64,000 bases of DNA, taken from the NCBI GenBank assembly GCA_964016885.1, contig OZ024759.1, positions 5,270,001 to 5,334,000 of the forward strand. Reading direction: 5' to 3'. Under the pieces are notes generated by a model. The model ran no database searches. It saw only the letters and a program-made list of their open reading frames with translations, and was not told the origin of the DNA. Below are positions 49,201 through 61,200 of this stretch, piece after piece. How positions within the stretch are numbered: the first letter of the stretch is position 1; every line of letters begins with the position of its first letter. The stretch is from Eledone cirrhosa. Taxonomy: Eukaryota. Both the position numbers and the translations under genes were made by a program.

Positions 49201-52200
49201 TACACGGCCACATTACAGCGTGGACTGTCTGGCGGGTTTTCTACGGCTGGATGCCCTTCCTAACACCAACCACATTTACAGTGTGGGGATGGGAAGTTTT
49301 TAGCGTGTTGCCTACACGGCCACATTACAGCGTGGACTGTCTGGCAGGTTTTCTACAGCTGGATGCCCTTCCTAACACCAACCACATTTACAGTGTGGAC
49401 TGGGAGATTTTTACCGTGTTGCCTACACGGCCACATTACAGCGTGGACTGTCTGGCGGGTTTTCTATGGCTGGATGCCCTTCCTAACACCAACCACATTT
49501 ACAGTGTGGACTGGGATGTTTTTACCGTGTTGCCTACACGGCCACATTACAGCGTGGACTGTCTGGCGGGTTTTCTACGGCTGGATGCCCTTCCTAACAC
49601 CAACCAGATTTAGTGTGGGGTTGCGAGATTTTTACCGTGTTGCCTACACGGCCACATTACAGCGTGGACTGTCTGGCGGGTTTTCTACGGCTGGATGCCC
49701 TTCCTAACACCAACCACATTTACAGTGTGGGCTGGGAGGTTTTTACCGTGTTGCCTACACGGCCACATTACAGCGTGGACTGTCTGGCGGGTTTTCTACG
49801 GCTGGATGCCCTTCCTAACACCAACCAGATTTAGTGTGGGGTTGCGAGGTTTTTACCGTGTTGCCTACACGGCCACATTACAGCGTGGACTCTCTGGCGG
49901 GTTTTCTACGGCTGGATGCCCTTCCTAACTCCAACCACATTTACAGTGTGGGGCTGGGAGGTTTTTACCGTGTTGCCTACACGGCCACATTACAGCGTGG
50001 ACTGTCTGGCGGGTTTTCTACAGCTGGATGCCCTTCCTAACACCAACCAGATTTACAGTGTGGCGCTGGGAGGTTTTTACCGTGTTGCCTACACGACCAC
50101 ATTACAGCATGGACTGTCTGGCGGGTTTTCTACAGCTGGATGCTCTTCCTAACACCAACCGCATTTACAGTGTGGACTGAGAGGTTTTTACCGTGTTGCC
50201 TACACGGCCACATTACAGCGTGGACTGTCTGGCGGGTTTTCTACGGCTGGATGCCCTTCCTAACACCAACCACATTTACAGTGTGGGCTGGGAGGTTTTT
50301 ACCGTGTTGCCTACACGGCCACATTACAGCGTGGACTGTCTGGCGGGTTTTCTACAGCTGGATGCCCTTCCTAACACCAACTACGCTTACAGTGTGGAAC
50401 TGGGAGGTTTTTTCCGTGTTGCCTACACGGCCACATTACAGCGTGGACTGTCTGGCGGGTTTTCTACAGCTGGATGCCCTTCCTAACACCAACCACATTT
50501 ACAGTGTGGACTGGGAGATTTTTACCGTGTTGCCTACACGGCCACATTACAGCGTGGACTGTCTGGCGGGTTTTCTACGGCTGGATGCCCTTCCTAACAC
50601 CAACCACATTTACAGTGTGGACTGGGAGGTTTTTACCGTGTTGCCTACACGGCCACATTACAGCGTGGACTGTCTGGCCGGTCTTCTACGGCTGGATGCC
50701 CTTCCTAACACCAACCACATTTAGTGTGGGGTTGCGAGGTTTTTACCGTGTTGCCTACACGGCCACATTACAGCGTGGACTGTCTGGCGGGTTTTCTACG
50801 GCTGGATGCCCTTCCTAACACCAACCACATTTACAGTGTGGGGATGGCAAGTTTTTAGCGTGTTGCCTACACGGCCACATTACAGCGTGGACTGTCTGGC
50901 AGGTTTTCTACAGCTGGATGCCCTTCCTAACACCAACCACATTTACAGTGTGGACTGGGAGATTTTTACCGTGTTGCCTACACGGCCACATTACAGCGTG
51001 GACTGTCTGGCGGGTTTTCTATGGCTGGATGCCCTTCCTAACACCAACCACATTTACAGTGTGGACTGGGATGTTTTTACCGTGTTGCCTACACGGCCAC
51101 ATTACAGCGTGGACTGTCTGGCGGGTTTTCTACGGCTGGATGCCCTTCCTAACACCAACCAGACTTAGTGTGGGGTTGCGGGATTTTTACCGTGTTGCCT
51201 ACACGGCCACATTACAGCGTGGACTCTCTGGCGGGTTTTCTACGGCTGGATGCCCTTCCTAACACCAACCACATTTACAGTGTGGGGCTGGGAGGTTTTT
51301 ACAGTGTTGCCTACACGGCCACATTACAGCGTGTACTGTCTGGCGGGTTTTCTACAGCTGGATGCCCTTCCTAACACCAACCACATTTACAGTGTGGGGC
51401 TGGGAGGTTTTTACCGTGTTGCCTACACGGCCACATTACAACGTGGATTGTCTGGCGGGTTTTCTACAGCTGGATGCCCTTCCTAACACCAACCACATTT
51501 ACAGTGTGGACTGGGAGATTTTTACCGTGTTGCCTACACGGCCACATTACAGCGTGGACTGTCTGGCGGGTTTTCTACGGCTGGATGCCCTTCCTAACAC
51601 CAACCACATTTACAGTGTGGACTGGGAGGTTTTTACCGTGTTGCCTACACGGCCACATTACAGCGTGGACTGTCTGGCGGGTTTTCTACGGCTGGATGCT
51701 CTTCCTAACACCAACCACATTTACAGTGTGGACTGGGAGATTTTTACCGTGTTGCCTACAAGGCCACATTACAGCGTGGACTGTCTGGCGGGTTTTCTAC
51801 GGCTGGATGCCCTTCCTAACACCAACCACATTTCATTGTGGACTGGGAGATTTTTACCGTGTTGCCTACACGGCCACATTACAGCGTGGACTGACTGGCG
51901 GGTTTTCTACAGCTGGATGCTCTTCCTAACACCAACCACATTTACAGTGTGGACTGGGAGATTTTTACCGTGTTGCCTACACGGCCACATTACAGCGTGG
52001 ACTGTCTGGCGGGTTTTCTACGGCTGGATGCCCTTCCTAACACCAACCACATTTACAGTGTGGGGCTGGGAGGTTTTTACCGTGTTGCCTACACGGCCAC
52101 ATTACAGCGTGGACTGTCTGGCGGGTTTTCTACGGCTGGATGCCCTTCCTAACACCAACCACATTTACAGTGTGGGCTGGGAGGTTTTTACCGTGTTGCC

Positions 52201-55200
52201 TACACGGCCACATTACAGCGTGGACTGTCTGGCGGGTTTTCTACAGCTGGATGCCCTTCCTAACACCAACCACATTTACAGTGTGGACTGGGAGATTTTT
52301 ACCGTGGTGCCTACACGGCCACATTACAGCGTGGACTGTCTGGCGGGTTTTCTACAGCTGGATGCCCTTCCTAACACCAACCACATTTACAGTGTGGACT
52401 GGGAGGTTTTTACCGTGTTGCCTACACGGCCACATTACAGCGTGGACTGTCTGGCGGGTTTTCTACGGCTGGATGCCCTTCCTAACACCAACCACATTTA
52501 CAGTGTGGACTGGGAGGTTTTTACCGTGTTGCCTACACGGCCACATTACAGCGTGGACTGTCTGGCGGGTTTTCTACGGCTGGATGCCCTTCCTAACACC
52601 AACCACATTTACAGTGTGGACTGGGAGATTTTTACCGTGTTGCCTACACGGCCACATTACAGTGTGGATGTCTGGCGGGTTTTCTACGGCTGGATGCCCT
52701 TCCTAACACGAACTACGTTTACAGTGTCTAACTGGGAGGTTTTTACCGTGTTGCCTACACGGCCACATTACAGCGTGGACTGTCTGGCGGGTTTTCTACG
52801 GCTGGATGCCCTTCCTAACACCAACCACATTTACAGTGTGGGCTGGGAGGTTTTTACCGTGGTGCCTACACGGCCACAATACAGCGTGGACTGTCTGGCG
52901 GGTTTTCTACAGCTGGATGCCCTTCCTAACACCAACTACGGTTACAGTGTGGAACTGGGAGGTTTTTTCCGTGTTGCCTACACGGCCACATTACAGCGTG
53001 GACTGTCTGGCGGGTTTTCTACAGCTGGATGCCCTTCCTAACACCAACCACATTTACAGTGTGGACTGGGAGATTTTTACCGTGTTGCCTACACGGCCAC
53101 ATTACAGCGTGGACTGTCTGGCGGGTTTTCTACGGCTGGATGCCCTTCCTAACACAAACCACATTTACAGTGTGGACTGGGAGGTTTTTACCGTGTTGCC
53201 TACACGGCCACATTACAGCTTGGACTGTCTGGCGGGTTTTCTACGGCTGGATGCCATTCCTAACACCAACCACATTTACAGTGTGGACTGGGAGGTTTTT
53301 ACCGTGTTGCCTACAAGGCCACATTACAGCGTGGACTGTCTGGCGGGTTTTCTACGGCTGGATGCCCTTCCTAACACCAACCACATTTACATTGTGAACT
53401 GGGAGATTTTTACCGTGTTGCCTACACGGCCACATTACAGCGTGGACTGACTGGCGGGTTTTCTACAGCTGGATGCTCTTCCTAACACCAACCACATTTA
53501 CAGTGTGGACTGGGAGATTTTTACCGTGTTGCCTACACGGCCACATTACAGCGTGGACTGTCTGGCGGGTCTTCTACGGCTGGATGCCCTTCCTAACACC
53601 AACCACATTTAGTGTGGGGTTGGGAGGTTTTTACCGTGTTGCCTACACGGCCACATTACAGCGTGGACTGTCTGGCGGGTTTTCTACGGCTGGATGCCCT
53701 TCCTAACACCAACCACATTTACAGTGTGGGCTGGGACGTTTTTACCGTGTTGCCTACACGGCCACATTACAGCGTGGACTGTCTGGCGGGTTTTCTACGG
53801 CTGGATGCCCTTCCTAACACCAACCAGATTTAGTGTGGGGTTGCGAGGTTTTTACCGTGTTGCCTACACGGCCACATTACAGCGTGGACTCTCTGGCGGG
53901 TTTTCTACGGCTGGATGCCCTTCCTAACACCAACCACATTTACAGTGTGGGGCTGGGAGGTTTTTACCGTGTTGCCTACACGGCCACATTACAGCGTGGA
54001 CTGTCTGGCGGGTTTTCTACAGCTGGATGCCCTTCCTAACACCAACCAGATTTACAGTGTGGCGCTGGGAGGTTTTTACCGTGTTGCCTACACGACCACA
54101 TTACAGCATGGACTGTCTGGCGGGTTTTCTACAGCTGGATGCTCTTCCTAACACCAACCGCATTTACAGTGTGGACTGAGAGGTTTTTACCGTGTTGCCT
54201 ACACGGCCACATTACAGCGTGGACTGTCTGGCGGGTTTTCTACGGCTGGATGCCCTTCCTAACACCAACCACATTTACAGTGTGGGCTGGGAGGTTTTTA
54301 CCGTGTTGCCTACACGGCCACATTACAGCGTGGACTGTCTGGCGGGTTTTCTACAGCTGGATGCCCTTCCTAACACCAACTACGCTTACAGTGTGGAACT
54401 GGGAGGTTTTTTCCGTGTTGCCTACACGGCCACATTACAGCGTGGACTGTCTGGCGGGTTTTCTACAGCTGGATGCCCTTCCTAACACCAACCACATTTA
54501 CAGTGTGGACTGGGAGATTTTTACCGTGTTGCCTACACGGCCACATTACAGCGTGGACTGTCTGGCGGGTTTTCTACGGCTAGATGCCCTTCCTAACACC
54601 AACCACATTTACAGTGTGGACTGGGAGGTTTTTACCGTGTTGCCTACACGGCCACATTACAGCGTGGACTGTCTGGCGGGTTTTCTACGGCTGGATGCCC
54701 TTCCTAACACAACCACATTTACAGTGTGGACTGGGAGGTTTTTACCGTGTTGCCTACAAGGCCACATTACAGCGTGGACTGTCTGGCGGGTTTTCTACGG
54801 CTGGATGCCCTTCCTAACACCAACCACATTTACATTGTGGAATGGGAGATTTTTACCGTGTTGCCTACACGGCCACATTACAGCGTGGACTGACTGGCGG
54901 GTTTTCTACAGCTTGATGCTCTTCCTAACACCAACCACATTTACAGTGTGGACTGGGAGATTTTTACCGTGTTGCCTACACGGCCACATTACAGCGTGGA
55001 CTGTCTGGCGGGTCTTCTACGGCTGGATGCCCTTCCTAACACCAACCACATTTAGTGTGGGGTTGCGAGGTTTTTACCGTGTTGCCTACACGGCCACATT
55101 ACAGCGTGGACTGTCTGGCGGGTTTTCTACGGCTGGATGCCCTTCCTAACACCAACCACATTTACAGTGTGGGGCTGGGAAGTTTTTAGCGTGTTGCCTA

Positions 55201-58200
55201 CACGGCCACATTACAGCGTGGACTGTCTGGCAGGTTTTCTACAGCTGGATGCCCTTCCTAACACCAACCACATTTACAGTGTGGACTGGGAGATTTTTAC
55301 CGTGTTGCCTACACGGCCACATTACAGCGTGGACTGTCTGGCGGGTTTTCTATGGCTGGATGCCCTTCCTAACACCAACCACATTTACAGTGTGGACTGG
55401 GATGTTTTTACCGTGTTGCCTACACGGCCACATTACAGCGTGGACTGTCTGGCGGGTTTTCTACGGCTGGATGCCCTTCCTAACACCAACCAGATTTAGT
55501 GTGGGGTTGCGAGATTTTTACCGTGTTGCCTACACGGCCACATTACAGCGTGGACTCTCTGGCGGGTTTTCTACGGCTGGATGCCCTTCCTAACACCAAC
55601 CACATTTACAGTGTGGGGCTGGGAGGTTTTTACCGTGTTGCCTACACGGCCACATTACAGCGTGGACTGTCTGGCGGGTTTTCTACAGCTGGATGCCCTT
55701 CCTAACACCAACCACATTTACAGTGTGGCGCTGGGAGGTTTTTACCGTGTTGCCTACACGACCACATTACAGCATGGACTGTCTGGCGGGTTTTCTACAG
55801 CTGGATGCTCTTCCTAACACCAACCACATTTACAGTGTGGACTGAGAGGTTTTTACCGTGTTGCCTACACGGCCACATTACAGCGTGGACTGTCTGGCAG
55901 GTTTTCTACGGCTGGATGCCTTTCCTAACACCAACCACATTTACAGTGTGGGGCTGGGAGGTTTTTACCGTGTTGCCTACACGGCCACATTACAACGTGG
56001 ATTGTCTGGCGGGTTTTCTACAGCTGGATGCCCTTCCTAACACCAACCACATTTACAGTGTGGACTGGGAGATTTTTACCGTGTTGCCTACACGGCCACA
56101 TTACAGCGTGGACTGTCTGGCGGGTTTTCTACGGCTGGATGCCCTTCCTAACACCAACCACATTTACAGTGTGGACTGGGAGGTTTTTACCGTGTTGCCT
56201 ACACGGCCATATTATAGCGTGGACTGTCTGGCGGGTTTTCTACAGCTGGATGCTCTTCCTAACACCAACCACATTTACAGTGTGGACTGAGAGGTTTTTA
56301 CCGTGTTACCTACACGGCCACATTACAGCGTGGACTGACTGGCGAGTTTTCTACAGCTGGATGCCCTTCCTAACACCAACCACATTTACAGTGTGGACTG
56401 GGAGGTTTTTACCGTGTTGCCTACACGGCCACATTACAGCGTGGACTGTCTGGCGGGTTTTCTACGGCTGGATGCCCTTCCTAACACCAACCAGATTTAG
56501 TGTGGGGTTGCGAGGTTTTTACCGTGTTGCCTACACGGCCACATTACAGCGTGGACTGTCTGGCGGGTTTTCTACGGCTGGATACCCTTCCTAACACCAA
56601 CCACATTTACAGTGTGGGGCTGGGAGGTTTTTACCGTGTTGCCTACACGGCCACATTACAGCGTGGACTCTCTGGCGGGTTTTCTACGGCTGGATGCCCT
56701 TCCTAACACCAACCACATTTATAGTGTGGGGCTGGGAGGTTTTTACCGTGTTGCCTACACGGCCACATTACAGCGTGGACTGTCTGGCGGGTTTTCTACG
56801 GCTGGATGCCCTTCCTAACACCAACCAGATTTAGTGTGGGGTTGCGAGATTTTTACCGTGTTGCCTACACGGCCACATTACAGCGTGGACTGTCTGGCGG
56901 GTTTTCTACGGCTGGATGCCCTTCCTAACACCAACCACATTTACAGTGTGGGCTGGGAGGTTTTTACCGTGTTGCCTACACGGCCACATTACAGCGTGGA
57001 CTGTCTGGCGGGTTTTCTACGGCTGGATGCCCTTCCTAACACCAACCAGATTTAGTGTGGGGTTGCGAGGTTTTTACCGTGTTGCCTACACGGCCACATT
57101 ACAGCGTGGACTCTCTGGCGGGTTTTCTACGGCTGGATGCCCTTCCTAACTCCAACCACATTTACAGTGTGGGGCTGGGAGGTTTTTACCGTGTTGCCTA
57201 CACGGCCACATTACAGCGTGGACTGTCTGGCGGGTTTTCTACAGCTGGATGCCCTTCCTAACACCAACCAGATTTACAGTGTGGCGCTGGGAGGTTTTTA
57301 CCGTGTTGCCTACACGACCACATTACAGCATGGACTGTCTGGCGGGTTTTCTACAGCTGGATGCTCTTCCTAACACCAACCGCATTTACAGTGTGGACTG
57401 AGAGGTTTTTACCGTGTTGCCTACACGGCCACATTACAGCGTGGACTGTCTGGCGGGTTTTCTACGGCTGGATGCCCTTCCTAACACCAACCACATTTAC
57501 AGTGTGGGCTGGGAGGTTTTTACCGTGTTGCCTACACGGCCACATTACAGCGTGGACTGTCTGGCGGGTTTTCTACAGCTGGATGCCCTTCCTAACACCA
57601 ACTACGCTTACAGTGTGGAACTGGGAGGTTTTTTCCGTGTTGCCTACACGGCCACATTACAGCGTGGACTGTCTGGCGGGTTTTCTACAGCTGGATGCCC
57701 TTCCTAACACCAACCACATTTACAGTGTGGACTGGGAGATTTTTACCGTGTTGCCTACACGGCCACATTACAGCGTGGACTGTCTGGCGGGTTTTCTACG
57801 GCTGGATGCCCTTCCTAACACCAACCACATTTACAGTGTGGACTGGGAGGTTTTTACCGTGTTGCCTACACGGCCACATTACAGCGTGGACTGTCTGGCG
57901 GGTTTTCTACGGCTGGATGCCCTTCCTAACACAACCACATTTACAGTGTGGACTGGGAGGTTTTTACCGTGTTGCCTACAAGGCCACATTACAGCGTGGA
58001 CTGTCTGGCGGGTTTTCTACGGCTGGATGCCCTTCCTAACACCAACCACATTTACAGTGTGGAATGGGAGATTTTTACCGTGTTGCCTACACGGCCACAT
58101 TACAGCGTGGACTGTCTGGCCGGTCTTCTACGGCTGGATGCCCTTCCTAACACCAACCACATTTAGTGTGGGGTTGCGAGGTTTTTACCGTGTTGCCTAC

Positions 58201-61200
58201 ACGGCCACATTACAGCGTGGACTGTCTGGCGGGTTTTCTACGGCTGGATGCCCTTCCTAACACCAACCACATTTACAGTGTGGGTATGGCAAGTTTTTAG
58301 CGTGTTGCCTACACGGCCACATTACAGCGTGGACTGTCTGGCAGGTTTTCTACAGCTGGATGCCCTTCCTAACACCAACCACATTTACAGTGTGGACTGG
58401 GAGATTTTTACCGTGTTGCCTACACGGCCACATTACAGCGTGGACTGTCTGGCGGGTTTTCTATGGCTGGATGCCCTTCCTAACACCAACCACATTTACA
58501 GTGTGGACTGGGATGTTTTTACCGTGTTGCCTACACGGCCACATTACAGCGTGGACTGTCTGGCGGGTTTTCTACGGCTGGATGCCCTTCCTAACACCAA
58601 CCACATTTACAGTGTGGGCTGGGAGGTTTTTACCGTGGTGCCTACACGGCCACAATACAGCGTGGACTGTCTGGCGGGTTTTCTACAGCTGGATGCCCTT
58701 CCTAACACCAACTACGGTTACAGTGTGGAACTGGGAGGTTTTTTCCGTGTTGCCTACACGGCCACATTACAGCGTGGACTGTCTGGCGGGTTTTCTACAG
58801 CTGGATGCCCTTCCTAACACCAACCACATTTACAGTGTGGACTGGGAGATTTTTACCGTGTTGCCTACACGGCCACATTACAGCGTGGACTGTCTGGCGG
58901 GTTTTCTACGGCTGGATGCCCTTCCTAACACAAACCACATTTACAGTGTGGACTGGGAGGTTTTTACCGTGTTGCCTACACGGCCACATTACAGCTTGGA
59001 CTGTCTGGCGGGTTTTCTACGGCTGGATGCCATTCCTAACACCAACCACATTTACAGTGTGGACTGGGAGGTTTTTACCGTGTTGCCTACAAGGCCACAT
59101 TACAGCGTGGACTGTCTGGCGGGTTTTCTACGGCTGGATGCCCTTCCTAACACCAACCACATTTACATTGTGGACTGGGAGATTTTTACCGTGTTGCCTA
59201 CACGGCCACATTACAGCGTGGACTGACTGGCGGGTTTTCTACAGCTGGATGCTCTTCCTAACACCAACCACATTTACAGTGTGGACTGGGAGATTTTTAC
59301 CGTGTTGCCTACACGGCCACATTACAGCGTGGACTGTCTGGCGGGTCTTCTACGGCTGGATGCCCTTCCTAACACCAACCACATTTAGTGTGGGGTTGGG
59401 AGGTTTTTACCGTGTTGCCTACACGGCCACATTATAGCGTGGACTGTCTGGCGGGTTTTCTACGGCTGGATGCCCTTCCTAACACCAACCACATTTACAG
59501 TGTGGGCTGGGACGTTTTTACCGTGTTGCCTACACGGCCACATTACAGCGTGGACTGTCTGGCGGGTTTTCTACGGCTGGATGCCCTTCCTAACACCAAC
59601 CAGATTTAGTGTGGGGTTGCGAGGTTTTTACCGTGTTGCCTACACGGCCACATTACAGCGTGGACTCTCTGGCGGGTTTTCTACGGCTGGATGCCCTTCC
59701 TAACACCAACCACATTTACAGTGTGGGGCTGGGAGGTTTTTACCGTGTTGCCTACACGGCCACATTACAGCGTGGACTGTCTGGCGGGTTTTCTACAGCT
59801 GGATGCCCTTCCTAACACCAACCAGATTTACAGTGTGGCGCTGGGAGGTTTTTACCGTGTTGCCTACACGACCACATTACAGCATGGACTGTCTGGCGGG
59901 TTTTCTACAGCTGGATGCTCTTCCTAACACCAACCGCATTTACAGTGTGGACTGAGAGGTTTTTACCGTGTTGCCTACACGGCCACATTACAGCGTGGAC
60001 TGTCTGGCGGGTTTTCTACGGCTGGATGCCCTTCCTAACACCAACCACATTTACAGTGTGGGCTGGGAGGTTTTTACCGTGTTGCCTACACGGCCACATT
60101 ACAGCGTGGACTGTCTGGCGGGTTTTCTACAGCTGGATGCCCTTCCTAACACCAACTACGCTTACAGTGTGGAACTGGGAGGTTTTTTCCGTGTTGCCTA
60201 CACGGCCACATTACAGCGTGGACTGTCTGGCGGGTTTTCTACAGCTGGATGCCCTTCCTAACACCAACCACATTTACAGTGTGGACTGGGAGATTTTTAC
60301 CGTGTTGCCTACACGGCCACATTACAGCGTGGACTGTCTGGCGGGTTTTCTACGGCTAGATGCCCTTCCTAACACCAACCACATTTACAGTGTGGACTGG
60401 GAGGTTTTTACCGTGTTGCCTACACGGCCACATTACAGCGTGGACTGTCTGGCGGGTTTTCTACGGCTGGATGCCCTTCCTAACACAACCACATTTACAG
60501 TGTGGACTGGGAGGTTTTTACCGTGTTGCCTACAAGGCCACATTACAGCGTGGACTGTCTGGCGGGTTTTCTACGGCTGGATGCCCTTCCTAACACCAAC
60601 CACATTTACATTGTGGAATGGGAGATTTTTACCGTGTTGCCTACACGGCCACATTACAGCGTGGACTGACTGGCGGGTTTTCTACAGCTTGATGCTCTTC
60701 CTAACACCAACCACATTTACAGTGTGGACTGGGAGATTTTTACCGTGTTGCCTACACGGCCACATTACAGCGTGGACTGTCTGGCGGGTCTTCTACGGCT
60801 GGATGCCCTTCCTAACACCAACCACATTTAGTGTGGGGTTGCGAGGTTTTTACCGTGTTGCCTACACGGCCACATTACAGCGTGGACTGTCTGGCGGGTT
60901 TTCTACGGCTGGATGCCCTTCCTAACACCAACCACATTTACAGTGTGGGGCTGGGAAGTTTTTAGCGTGTTGCCTACACGGCCACATTACAGCGTGGACT
61001 GTCTGGCAGGTTTTCTACAGCTGGATGCCCTTCCTAACACCAACCACATTTACAGTGTGGACTGGGAGATTTTTACCGTGTTGCCTACACGGCCACATTA
61101 CAGCGTGGACTGTCTGGCGGGTTTTCTATGGCTGGATGCCCTTCCTAACACCAACCACATTTACAGTGTGGACTGGGATGTTTTTACCGTGTTGCCTACA